NCBI GenBank assembly: GCA_965217775.1
Contig: CBDCJH010000002.1
Span: 4,800,001 to 4,864,000, forward strand
Origin: Acidobacteriota bacterium
GTDB taxonomy: Bacteria > Acidobacteriota > UBA6911 > RPQK01 > JAJDTT01
DNA: 64,000 bases
Reading direction: 5' to 3'
Position numbers and translations under genes: made by a program. The notes beneath the pieces were generated by a model. The model saw only the letters and a program-made list of their open reading frames with translations, was not told the DNA's origin and did not search any database. Positions within the stretch are counted from its first letter, which is position 1, and every line of letters starts with the position of its first letter. This document shows positions 29,718 through 38,004 of the stretch, piece after piece.

Positions 29718-30260
29718 CTAGAATACGTACCCCACACCGACTGTGGAACGAAGGAGGGGAATCAGTCCGATACGGAATTCCGGAGCCACAAAGAATCTTT
29801 TGCCCAAGAACAGCCGGACACCCAGGCCCCCGGTGAAATTGATACTTCCTTGGTGGTCCCACTTGAACTTGGGGAGTGTGGGGTCGAAATGATGCCTTGG
29901 GTTGGAAAGCCGTGTCCGATACAGAGTGAAACCGAACCCGACGACCAGGTAAGGACTGATGCGTTCGTGCGGCAAAAACTCATACTCGAATACAGGAGTG
30001 ACCAGCAGAGCGTACTCCTTGTAGGTTCCGTATTTCCCAAACATCTTGGCGTGCAATACTTCCACGCCACCGCGGACGTGTGAGCCGGCGGGACCGGTCA
30101 TGGTGACACCCCCTAACCAGGCATGGGGAGGCGTGTCATCCAGCCCGAGCGTGTAACCCGACTGTCCTCGCAGGTAGAGCTTGCGTTTTTCCCCAAAGAC
30201 CGGTTGCAGGAGCAATAGGCAGATGGTGACGAAAAACAGGGTCAAACGTTCAGATGGCAT
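29718..30260 (-). CDS. outer membrane beta-barrel protein (8-strand type)
   Basis: signal peptide, amphipathic strands, SPYLVVGFG, terminal VGVGYVF. Confidence 0.8.
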   Translation of the reverse strand: MPSERLTLFFVTICLLLLQPVFGEKRKLYLRGQSGYTLGLDDTPPHAWLGGVTMTGPAGSHVRGGVEVLHAKMFGKYGTYKEYALLVTPVFEYEFLPHERISPYLVVGFGFTLYRTRLSNPRHHFDPTLPKFKWDHQGSINFTGGLGVRLFLGKRFFVAPEFRIGLIPLLRSTVGVGYVF

Positions 30261-30283
30261 AGGTCACTCCTGATGTGCAGACT

Positions 30284-30775
30284 TCAACGGCGACCGGCAA
30301 AGCCCAGGTAAATGGAAAACCGAAGATTGGGTTCGTGCCCGATGCGGAACTGGGGAGCGATGAAAAATCGGTTATTGGCCCAGACCTTGACTCCCATTCC
30401 CCATCCCAGGCCTCCCCAAGCTATTCCGGAACTTTTGATCAGGTAGGGACGAGAACGATAGAAATTCGCCCCGGCACCGAAAATCATGTGCAGCACGGCA
30501 CGATCCGACAGCCGAGTGAGATCCTTGACGACATTCATGATCAGCATGTGATCCTGGTGATTTCCCTCGGTCATGAACGAATATTCCGGCTCCACGGCCC
30601 AGCCTTGTTTCCCGAAGTAGTGGCGGTACGAAGCTCCGGCGGTTGTGTGTTGGCGGGCTTCCAGGAAACCGGCGATTCCGAAATGAAAGCGCGGTTCCGG
30701 GGCACGAGGCTGAGCTTCCAGGGACAGGCAGACCAACACCATCACCAGAATAGGCATGCAGCCGGTTTTCTTCAT
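30284..30775 (-). CDS. outer membrane beta-barrel protein, paralogue of 29718..30260
   Basis: GGAGG RBS, signal peptide, GMGVKVW..FFIAPQFRIG versus GLGVRLF..FFVAPEFRIG. Confidence 0.72.
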   Translation of the reverse strand: MKKTGCMPILVMVLVCLSLEAQPRAPEPRFHFGIAGFLEARQHTTAGASYRHYFGKQGWAVEPEYSFMTEGNHQDHMLIMNVVKDLTRLSDRAVLHMIFGAGANFYRSRPYLIKSSGIAWGGLGWGMGVKVWANNRFFIAPQFRIGHEPNLRFSIYLGFAGRR

Positions 30776-30829
30776 TTTGATCCTCCCTCGTAACGACGGC
30801 TGCCAGGAAATGCGATTTTTTCGCCCGGA

Positions 30830-31360
30830 TTGGCTCACCGAGGCGGTTCAGACGGGGACCACCCGTACGGTTGGAGTATTGTCACCGGCTTCGAGAACGA
30901 CACCGTCGAGGGAAAGGTGTCGGACCGTCTCCACACCAAACGGCAGTCGATCCGCGACGCGCTCGAGGACGACGCGGTCTTCAACCTGGTCGGTGAGGTG
31001 TTGCCAGCCCAGCGGGGCGAGACGGTCCTTCGGGACTACTACGCTGGAAAGCTGGGAGACGCCGACCTGGAAGAGAGGCTCCACCGGAACGCGGACGAAG
31101 GCCGGTTCCGGAAAAACTGCCAGACCGCGCTGGCGAGACTCGCGTCCAAGAAGCTGAATCCGGACATGCTGGTCAAGAGACGGGCAAGGGCGCAGGAGCG
31201 GCGGATAGTGCCGAAAACCACCGCACGCTTCCTGAAGGATACCGCGGCGCAGGCGGACTTCTCGCTGAAGCCGGTGCGTCGGCTGCCGCACACCTTTCAG
31301 CCAGGAAAAACCCCGCGCGTGGTGATGGACTAAGAGCTCAGGCCCGATTGGCGGCTCGCG
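30830..31360 (+). pseudogene. internal fragment of an SNF2-like helicase (post-HelicC region)
   Basis: DTVEGKV..IRDAL..AVFNLVGEVLP..RRIVP..ARFL resembles the C-terminal linker of DUF3883-type SNF2 helicases; no ATPase motifs; stop at 31331 appears premature. Confidence 0.65.
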
Positions 31361-31427
31361 GGAGTTTCCCTAGAATCGTGAGAGGGACTCGACGCTGATC
31401 GTCACGCGTGGGAGCAATTAGTCTGCG

Positions 31428-31460
31428 GCGTACGCGAGAACGGGACTGTCCCCGTCTCGG
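31428..31460. repeat. palindromic junction motif, copy 1
   Basis: GCGTACGCGAGAACGGGACTGTCCCCGTCTCGG. Confidence 0.75.
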
Positions 31461-31642
31461 TCCCCGCTCTGCGAACGGTTGGAGGCCCGTATTGCTACCG
31501 TAGAAGGCAGCCGCCAGGAGGCATGAGGCATGAAATACTTGCCCCGCGAGGGCACGGAGGGGAGACGTCCCAACCAGGCGCTATACTACGAAGATACTCC
31601 TCACGTCCTGCCCAGCCGGGATGGTGTCCCGAGGATAAGGCC

Positions 31643-32791
31643 ATGACCCGCGTCCCAGTGCCCCCCAAGATGCTTCGCTGGACCTGCGAACGTGCCGGCT
31701 ACGATGTAGTGGACCTCGCGGAGCGCATACCACAGCTCCGGGCCTGGGTGCGACGCGAGAAACAGCCGACGATAAAACAGTTGGAGAAGCTGGCCAGACT
31801 TACGCATACGCCGCTCGGCTACCTGTTCCTCCTCGAGCCCCCGGACGAACGTCTTCCGGTTCCTGACTATCGCACCGTGGCGAGCGCTACGCGAGGCAGG
31901 CCGAGCCCCAACTTGCTCGACACGCTCTACATGATGCAACGCCGACAGGATTGGCTGCGGGAGTCCCTCGTCGAGCACGACAGAGAACCATTAGCCTTCG
32001 TGGCAAGCGTCCGTCTTTCCGACGAGCCGGACGCTGTGGGTCGCGAGATGCGACGGGCGCTCGGCCTCGATGGTGGATGGGCTGCGGGAGTCCGCACCTG
32101 GCAGGACGCCGTGAGCGAGATGCGACGGGCGGTCGAGCGGCTTGGCGTGATGGCAGTGATCAACGGTGTGGTGGGGAACAACACGCATCGCCGGTTGAGC
32201 GTGGAGGAGTTTCGCGGCTTCGCGCTCACCGATCCCTATGCGCCGCTGATCTTCGTGAACGGTGCGGATGCCAAGTCGGCGCAGATGTTCACGCTTGCTC
32301 ACGAGCTGGCGCACATCTGGCTCGGCACAGAGGGGATCTCCGGCTTCGAAGTCTTACTCCCCGGCGGTTCGGACGTGGAAGACTGGTGCAACCGAGCGGC
32401 GGCGGAGCTCCTCGCGCCAGCACGGAAGCTCAGAGCGCGTTGGCGGGAAGTCAAGCGGGAGGTGAGTCGTTTCGAGGAGCTCGCCCGGACGTTCAAGGTG
32501 AGCCCCGTAGTCGCCGCCCGCCGAGCCCTCGACCTGAATCTCGTCGACCGCAGCACCTTCTTCGATTTCTACAAGCGCTACGTCAATCGAGAACGCAAGG
32601 GCGGTACGAAGTCGAGTGGGGGCGATTTCTACAACAACCAGAACACTCGTGTCGGTGAGCTCTTTGGGATTCAGGTGCTGCGCGCAGCGATGGAAGGCCG
32701 TATCGGATTCAAGCAAGCCTATGACCTGACCGGGCTGCGTGGAGGAACTTTCCAGAAGTATGCCAAGCGGCTGGGCGTGGATCTCCCATGA
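31643..32791 (+). CDS. XRE-HTH + ImmA/IrrE (M78, COG2856) metallopeptidase
   Basis: N-terminal HTH (QPTIKQLEKLA..PLGYLFL), FRGFAL, FTLAHELAHIW HExxH, E.WCNRAAAELL, FKVS. Confidence 0.93.
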   Translation: MTRVPVPPKMLRWTCERAGYDVVDLAERIPQLRAWVRREKQPTIKQLEKLARLTHTPLGYLFLLEPPDERLPVPDYRTVASATRGRPSPNLLDTLYMMQRRQDWLRESLVEHDREPLAFVASVRLSDEPDAVGREMRRALGLDGGWAAGVRTWQDAVSEMRRAVERLGVMAVINGVVGNNTHRRLSVEEFRGFALTDPYAPLIFVNGADAKSAQMFTLAHELAHIWLGTEGISGFEVLLPGGSDVEDWCNRAAAELLAPARKLRARWREVKREVSRFEELARTFKVSPVVAARRALDLNLVDRSTFFDFYKRYVNRERKGGTKSSGGDFYNNQNTRVGELFGIQVLRAAMEGRIGFKQAYDLTGLRGGTFQKYAKRLGVDLP

Positions 32792-33312
32792 CGGTGGATC
32801 GGACCTATCTCGTGGATTCGGATGTCTTCATCACGGCGAAGAACCTGTATTACGCGTTCGACATCTGTCCCGGCTTCTGGAAGTGCGTGGTTCATCACCA
32901 CCGGGACGGCCGAGTCTTCAGTGTCGACAGGGTTCGCAGCGAACTTCTCGCGGGTCACAAAAAGGAGGATCTCGTCCGGTGGGTGAGGGACGAAGTCCCG
33001 AAAGGGTTCTTCCTCCCAGTGGACACCGAGGTGGTGGTGCGTGTCTATATCGACATCATGATGTGGGTTCAACGCCATCCGCGATATTTCGACCGTGCGA
33101 AGGCGAAGTTCGCGACAGGCGCGGACGGCTGGCTGGTCGCCTATGCACAGGTTCACAGCGCCACCGTCGTCACCAACGAGCAGAGTGCGCCGGAGTCCAG
33201 GAAGGAGATCAAACTGCCCGATGTATGCGATCAGTTCAGAGTGCGGCGCAACAACACGTTCGCCATGCTTCGGGCGCTGAACGTCCACTTCGATTGGGCG
33301 GCAGACGGCTGA
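32788..33312 (+). CDS. DUF4411 family PIN-like protein
   Basis: YLVDSDVFI.AKNLYY.FD..PGFW, ADGWLVAYA, VVTNE, KIPD-like KLPDVC; ATGA overlap with the peptidase. Confidence 0.9.
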   Translation: MTVDRTYLVDSDVFITAKNLYYAFDICPGFWKCVVHHHRDGRVFSVDRVRSELLAGHKKEDLVRWVRDEVPKGFFLPVDTEVVVRVYIDIMMWVQRHPRYFDRAKAKFATGADGWLVAYAQVHSATVVTNEQSAPESRKEIKLPDVCDQFRVRRNNTFAMLRALNVHFDWAADG

Positions 33313-33435
33313 GTGACCCGGGTCATCCGCAAGCTACCTTCGATTGGAGGCCCACTTGTTGGGGCACGGCTTCGTCCGGGTTCCGCGTGAAGGCCCGTCG
33401 AAGCCATCCTCGCCGTCCTCCCAGTGATGCAGCCC

Positions 33436-33468
33436 GCGTGCGCAGGAACGGGACTGTTCCCATCTCGG
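33436..33468. repeat. palindromic junction motif, copy 2
   Basis: GCGTGCGCAGGAACGGGACTGTTCCCATCTCGG, 28/33 identical to copy 1, same orientation. Confidence 0.75.
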
Positions 33469-33688
33469 CCCTCTGTAATGGCATCCCTGGTGTTGCTGCC
33501 TGCGGAGCACGGAGCAGAAACCACCGTAATGTGCGCCAGCAAGCGACCATTCCAGGGTGGAAAATTCTATGATCGCTGGGAGATCGCGGATTCATCCAAC
33601 GAGAGCAGCGACGGGTCCGCATCGAAGCCGTTCTGGGAGAGGTCGGATGCGGAAGTCAGGAGTCTCGTGAAACCTGGCGGTGCTGAGC

Positions 33689-34153
33689 ATGGGCGACCTG
33701 AGGGTACGGACTGAACGCATCCGGATCGACGCACCGGTCGGTTTGGTCTGGGAGGTTCTGACAGACGTTGAAAGATACGGTGAGTGGAATCCGTTCACGC
33801 CGCAGGCACGGACCGATTTCAGGGTCGGTTCGCACGCACATCTGCTGGTCAGGATGGGGCCGGCGGAGGTGCGAATCACCGAGACCGTCTCCGCGTTCGA
33901 AGCACCCCGGCTCATTGCTTGGGGAAAGGCATTCGGAGCGCGCTGGCTCCTGGCTGCAATGCGGGAGCAGCATCTGGAACCCGCGAGCGAGACGAGCTGC
34001 TTTTACCACAACACGGACCGATTGACCGGCGTGCTTGCGCCGCTGGTGTTGCTTTGTTTTGGCGGTTTTATGCGTGCCGGTTTCACCGATGTCGGCAAGG
34101 GGTTGAAGCGTCGATCGGAGGCGCTGTACAAGAGCTCGAAGCCGCGTGAGTGA
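33689..34153 (+). CDS. SRPBCC (polyketide cyclase/START) domain protein
   Basis: IDAP..VWEVLTD..YGEWNPF, C-terminal GF....GLKRRSE helix. Confidence 0.88.
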   Translation: MGDLRVRTERIRIDAPVGLVWEVLTDVERYGEWNPFTPQARTDFRVGSHAHLLVRMGPAEVRITETVSAFEAPRLIAWGKAFGARWLLAAMREQHLEPASETSCFYHNTDRLTGVLAPLVLLCFGGFMRAGFTDVGKGLKRRSEALYKSSKPRE

Positions 34154-34250
34154 CGATCTTCGAGGGAAACGATCGAGTGATCGATGCGCTTGGCGACTTG
34201 CAGGCCGCCCTCAAACGCATCGTCAAGTAGGACACCTTCGGAAGTGAAAT

Positions 34251-34327
34251 TGGTGGAGACGATGGGATTCGAACCCACGACCTCCTGAGTGCGATTCAGG
34301 CGCTCTTCCGAGCTGAGCTACGTCCCC
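34251..34327 (-). tRNA. tRNA-Ala(CGC)
   Basis: GGGGACGTAGCTCAG..CCTGA-ATCGCAC-TCAGG..GGTTCGAATCC..CTCCACCA; G3:U70. Confidence 0.97.
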
Positions 34328-34359
34328 ACCTGAGAGGGGCCTATCTTAACAGAGAACCT

Positions 34360-34529
34360 CTACAGGAAGTCCGACGCGCAGGGGTAACCGGGGAGCGGTT
34401 GGGCCTGGAGGACGGCCCGGACCACTGCCCGGGCGGTGACTTGGGCCGCAAGAGCCCCGACCAAACCCAGGTCCTGCCCTCGTACCGATTTGGTGGAAAG
34501 TGCGAACAGGGTATCGCCGTCCGACGGCA
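34360..34529 (-). pseudogene. orphan duplicate of the last ~56 codons of the P1 peptidase gene (direct repeat of 35576-35745)
   Basis: about 12 substitutions in 170 bp, frame intact: PSDGDTLFALSTKSVRGQDL..CASDFL*. Confidence 0.92.
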
Positions 34530-34534
34530 CAGGC

Positions 34535-34559
34535 CGAGAACGAGACTGTCCCCATCTCG
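34535..34559. repeat. palindromic junction motif, copy 3
   Basis: CGAGAACGAGACTGTCCCCATCTCG, 23/25 identical to the copy 1 core; 5 bp from the duplication breakpoint. Confidence 0.72.
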
Positions 34560-34663
34560 CGCTCCATCGACCAAGTCATCTAGTCCCATGGCCCTCATGC
34601 GACGTTGCGGCGGGTGATGGCTTTGCGCAAGCTTTCCAGAAAACCTTCGAGCTTCGCTTGGTT

Positions 34664-34867
34664 TCATAGCTCAGAATCCTTGATCTGAGCCATCTTCATC
34701 AGATGCCTCTGCAAACCACGTTTCAGAGTGCCGCCGTGTACCGGGACCGAGATACGAGCGGGAATCCCCATCTTCACGTAGATGTGGTGGCTGCCTCTGA
34801 CTCGTTTCAACTGCCAACCTCGCGACTCGAGCAACCGGCAAAATCGCTTGCCGCTGACGGCCTTCAC
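34664..34867 (-). CDS. hicA: HicA family toxin (mRNA interferase)
   Basis: LESRGW..RVRGSHHIY..ISVPVHG..LKRGL; GTG start overlaps the hicB stop. Confidence 0.92.
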   Translation of the reverse strand: MKAVSGKRFCRLLESRGWQLKRVRGSHHIYVKMGIPARISVPVHGGTLKRGLQRHLMKMAQIKDSEL

Positions 34868-35067
34868 ACGGCAATCTCGATGATTTTGTCTGTCTCGGAG
34901 ACAGGAATATCCTGGATCTCGACAGATAGACACCCCTCGACGGCTTCATAGAGATTACCTAGCAGATCTTCAAACGAGTCTCCCTGAGTCGCACACCCTG
35001 GGATGGACGGCACTTCCGCCCAGTACCCGCCCTCATCTGCTTCATGGATCACGACTTTCAGCTTCAT
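34864..35067 (-). CDS. hicB: short HicB family antitoxin (no DNA-binding domain)
   Basis: AAGGAGG RBS; EGGYWAEVPSIPGCATQGDS.E....N..EA. Confidence 0.93.
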   Translation of the reverse strand: MKLKVVIHEADEGGYWAEVPSIPGCATQGDSFEDLLGNLYEAVEGCLSVEIQDIPVSETDKIIEIAV

Positions 35068-35285
35068 GGTTCCTCCTTGTATTCCGCACCAGCTCACTGT
35101 CAGTCTAGTTTATCTTCCCGCCGGTAAGTACCACAGCTTTGGAAGTTCATCCCGGATCCCGGACCAAGACGTAATCCGCATCCCGGTGGAGGATCTCGGG
35201 TGCCCCGCATAGACCGGCGGAGACTCTCTCGGAGCGGAGCATCTCTTTTGTGGTCTTTCTCCGGGCATTCCCGCAGGGATATTTG

Positions 35286-35410
35286 GGACGGGAGCGACCC
35301 TCCCATGGAGTGCTGCTCAGATGTAAGTTGCGCAGCACTGCCGTGCCGATCATGGAGGCGAAAAAGGGGTTCGCTCCCGTCCAGCTCCGCTCTCCCCCGA
35401 TCGGCACGGC
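35286..35410. other. candidate structured non-coding element (two interleaved 12-bp inverted repeats plus an 8-bp hairpin)
   Basis: 35286-35297 pairs with 35371-35382; 35340-35351 pairs with 35399-35410; 35309-35316 pairs with 35332-35339. Confidence 0.55.
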
Positions 35411-35575
35411 GGGGCCATTCTCACTCCCCTCCAATGGCCTCCCCTTCCGTGTGTCGGCGGCGGGGAACGATAAGCACACTTCAATCAGGGAACCGATCCC
35501 CCACAAGAGATGAGGGGCTGAATTCCTCGTACGCTGTGGCCTTCCGCTGGTCATTCCGCCGAAAAAGGAGAATCC

Positions 35576-36577
35576 CTACAGGAAGTCCGACGCGCAGGGG
35601 TAACCGGGAAGCGGTTGGGCCTGGAGGACGGCCCGGACCACGGCCCGGGCGGTGACTTGGGCCGCCAGAGCCCCGACCAAACCCAGGTCCTGTCCTTGAA
35701 CCGACTCGGCGGAAAGGGCGAACAGGGTATCCCCGTCCGCCGGCATGTGGACGGGACGGATGGTCCGGGCCAGTCCGTCGTGGGCCATCTGGGCGATCTT
35801 GGTCAGGCCCGCCTTGTCGAACTCGGCGTTGGTGGCGATGACGCCCAGGGTCGTGTTCTCACCCTCGCCCCGGCCCCGTGCCGGCAGTCCCCGTTCCCTC
35901 AGGACCGTCATGGTGTCGGCGAAGCCTCGCCCGCCCGCGCCGCGGACCCCCGCCAGGATCCTGCCGGTCTCCGGATCGATGACGTCGCCCACGGCATTGA
36001 CCGCTACCAGGGCCGCCACCACCAGGGGTCCGGCCCGGACGGCCGCCGAACCCAGGCCACCTTTCATGGCGCGTTCGTGACCCAGAATCTTGCCCACGGT
36101 GGCTCCGGCTCCCACGCCGGCGTTGCCCTCGGCGACCGGCCCGGTCCCGGCGTTTCGGCAGGCCCGGCGTCCCAATTCGGGACCCGGGCGGATCGAGGCG
36201 TCTCCCAGCGCCAGGTCGAAGAGAATGGCCGACGGCACGATGGGGACCCGGGCCACCAGCGTCTCGTATCCCACCCCACGCTCCTCCAGGTAACGGACCA
36301 CCCCGGAGGCCGCGTCCAGACCGAAGGCGCTGCCGCCGGAGAGCACCAGGGCGTGGATGCGTTTCACCGAGCGCACCGGATCCAGCAGGGCGGTTTCACG
36401 AGTGCCGGGAGCGGAGCCGCGAATGTCCACTCCGGCCATCATTTCCCGTTCCGGCAGGACGACGGTGACTCCCGTAGGCCGCCGGGGATCGACGGCATGG
36501 CCGACTCGTATGCCTTCGACATCCGTCAGGCCGCCCTCATAGCCGACAGACCCTGATGGATGCGTATCGCTGCTCAT
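35576..36577 (-). CDS. P1/S58 family peptidase (DmpA-like)
   Basis: LTDVEGIRVGH, APGTRET, LSGGSAFGL, GNAGVGAGA, ENTTLGVIAT, DGDTLF. Confidence 0.94.
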   Translation of the reverse strand: MSSDTHPSGSVGYEGGLTDVEGIRVGHAVDPRRPTGVTVVLPEREMMAGVDIRGSAPGTRETALLDPVRSVKRIHALVLSGGSAFGLDAASGVVRYLEERGVGYETLVARVPIVPSAILFDLALGDASIRPGPELGRRACRNAGTGPVAEGNAGVGAGATVGKILGHERAMKGGLGSAAVRAGPLVVAALVAVNAVGDVIDPETGRILAGVRGAGGRGFADTMTVLRERGLPARGRGEGENTTLGVIATNAEFDKAGLTKIAQMAHDGLARTIRPVHMPADGDTLFALSAESVQGQDLGLVGALAAQVTARAVVRAVLQAQPLPGYPCASDFL

Positions 36578-36600
36578 GCCGGAAGTGGACGAATGCGGGT

Positions 36601-37019
<419 letters not shown>

Positions 37020-37116
37020 CCGACGACATTCTATCACCGGAAGATCAGGCGGAACTCGTTTCACGCGATCGCCTCGACGTGCCCGCCGGTTCACATCCCG
37101 CGAGACGAGCAAGTAA

Positions 37117-38004
37117 CTAACGGGAGCGAATCAGGCCCCGGCCCACGGCGCCCGCCTCCAGTCCGATGAGCTCGCCGTAGACCCGGCCGAACTTGACCTC
37201 GGCCTCGAACTTGACGGGTACTCGAAGCGGGTCCCGGGAGTACCAGACCCGCAGCGTCCTCCCCTTGGAGAGGATTCCTCCCTCCACTCGGAGCCGAACG
37301 GTGTCGAAAGCCCCGATCCGGAGCTTGATTTTCTCCCGCTCCTCGACCCGGACCAGCATTTCCTTGAATTTTCCCCGGTCGGCCAGGTGCGCACGGTACC
37401 GGCTCGCGTCCTCCAGCCGATGGAGCCTCACCACGTAGATGGCCGAGAGCAGATCGGTGACCGGTCCCGGAATCCCATCGGACGTGCGGTTGTGAAGCTC
37501 CCGCGGCGGATCCCGGGACACGTCCAGATCGCGGAAGTGCGCGGTGTTCCTGCGATAGTCGAAGACGGAGAGGAGATCGCGCTTACGCTTCCCCTCCCGG
37601 TGCTTCCGGAAGATCCGATAGGAATGGAAGTTCCGGGCGTCGACAATGGATTCGAAACGATTCCGCACCGAAATCTTGGCGACTTCCACCAGCCGGCCTG
37701 CCGAGACGGCCTCCATGGTGATGGTCCAGGCCGGTCTCTTGCGATACCGGGAACGCTTCACGGTGAAGTCCAACTCTCCCGCCTTGAAGGCCGGAGAGGC
37801 GAAAAGGGGCTTCCAGTTGACCTCGTATCGCAGTTTCTCTCCGGCCTGGAAGGGAGCTCTGTAGAGAGTGTCCCGATCCAGCAGAGGTCGCGCCGTTTCG
37901 GACCCGGCCGGGAGCGAGAAACAAAAGCAGGCGGACGTCAGAGCCACCGGAACGGCCCGCAACCAGCGTGCCCACCGCCGGGGCGCGAGCATTCCGCACC
38001 TCAT
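37117..38004 (-). CDS. DUF3108 domain protein
   Basis: PFQAGEKLRYEVNW, DLLSAIY, IGAFDT, VWYSRD..RVPVK. Confidence 0.82.
   Translation of the reverse strand: MRCGMLAPRRWARWLRAVPVALTSACFCFSLPAGSETARPLLDRDTLYRAPFQAGEKLRYEVNWKPLFASPAFKAGELDFTVKRSRYRKRPAWTITMEAVSAGRLVEVAKISVRNRFESIVDARNFHSYRIFRKHREGKRKRDLLSVFDYRRNTAHFRDLDVSRDPPRELHNRTSDGIPGPVTDLLSAIYVVRLHRLEDASRYRAHLADRGKFKEMLVRVEEREKIKLRIGAFDTVRLRVEGGILSKGRTLRVWYSRDPLRVPVKFEAEVKFGRVYGELIGLEAGAVGRGLIRSR

Larger units (their letters stand above)
28300..35575. mobile_element. decayed accessory island around tRNA-Ala(CGC); boundaries approximate
   Basis: pseudogenes, TA-like modules, MITE, visibly more AT-rich patches, tRNA, duplicated gene end; no integrase seen. 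Confidence 0.6.

Noticed and set aside
28381-34228. CATCGTCAAG at ~28381 and ~34219 as island att sites
   Set aside because: Only 10 bp and not part of the tRNA-Ala 3' end; no duplicated tRNA fragment was found, so chance is likely.
31428-34559. Junction motif as a CRISPR repeat or integron attC array
   Set aside because: Spacing is 1-2 kb rather than 30-40 bp, there are no cas or intI genes, and no RYYYAAC/GTTRRRY core sites.
35286-35410. Canonical HDV-like or hammerhead ribozyme, or retron msr-msd
   Set aside because: P3/L3/P1.1 and the CUGAUGA/GAAA cores were not found and there is no RT nearby; kept only as an unclassified structured element.
34360-35745. 170-bp repeat pair at a gene 3' end as a DGR template/variable repeat
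   Set aside because: Mismatches are not confined to adenines on either strand, are mostly synonymous, and no reverse transcriptase is present.
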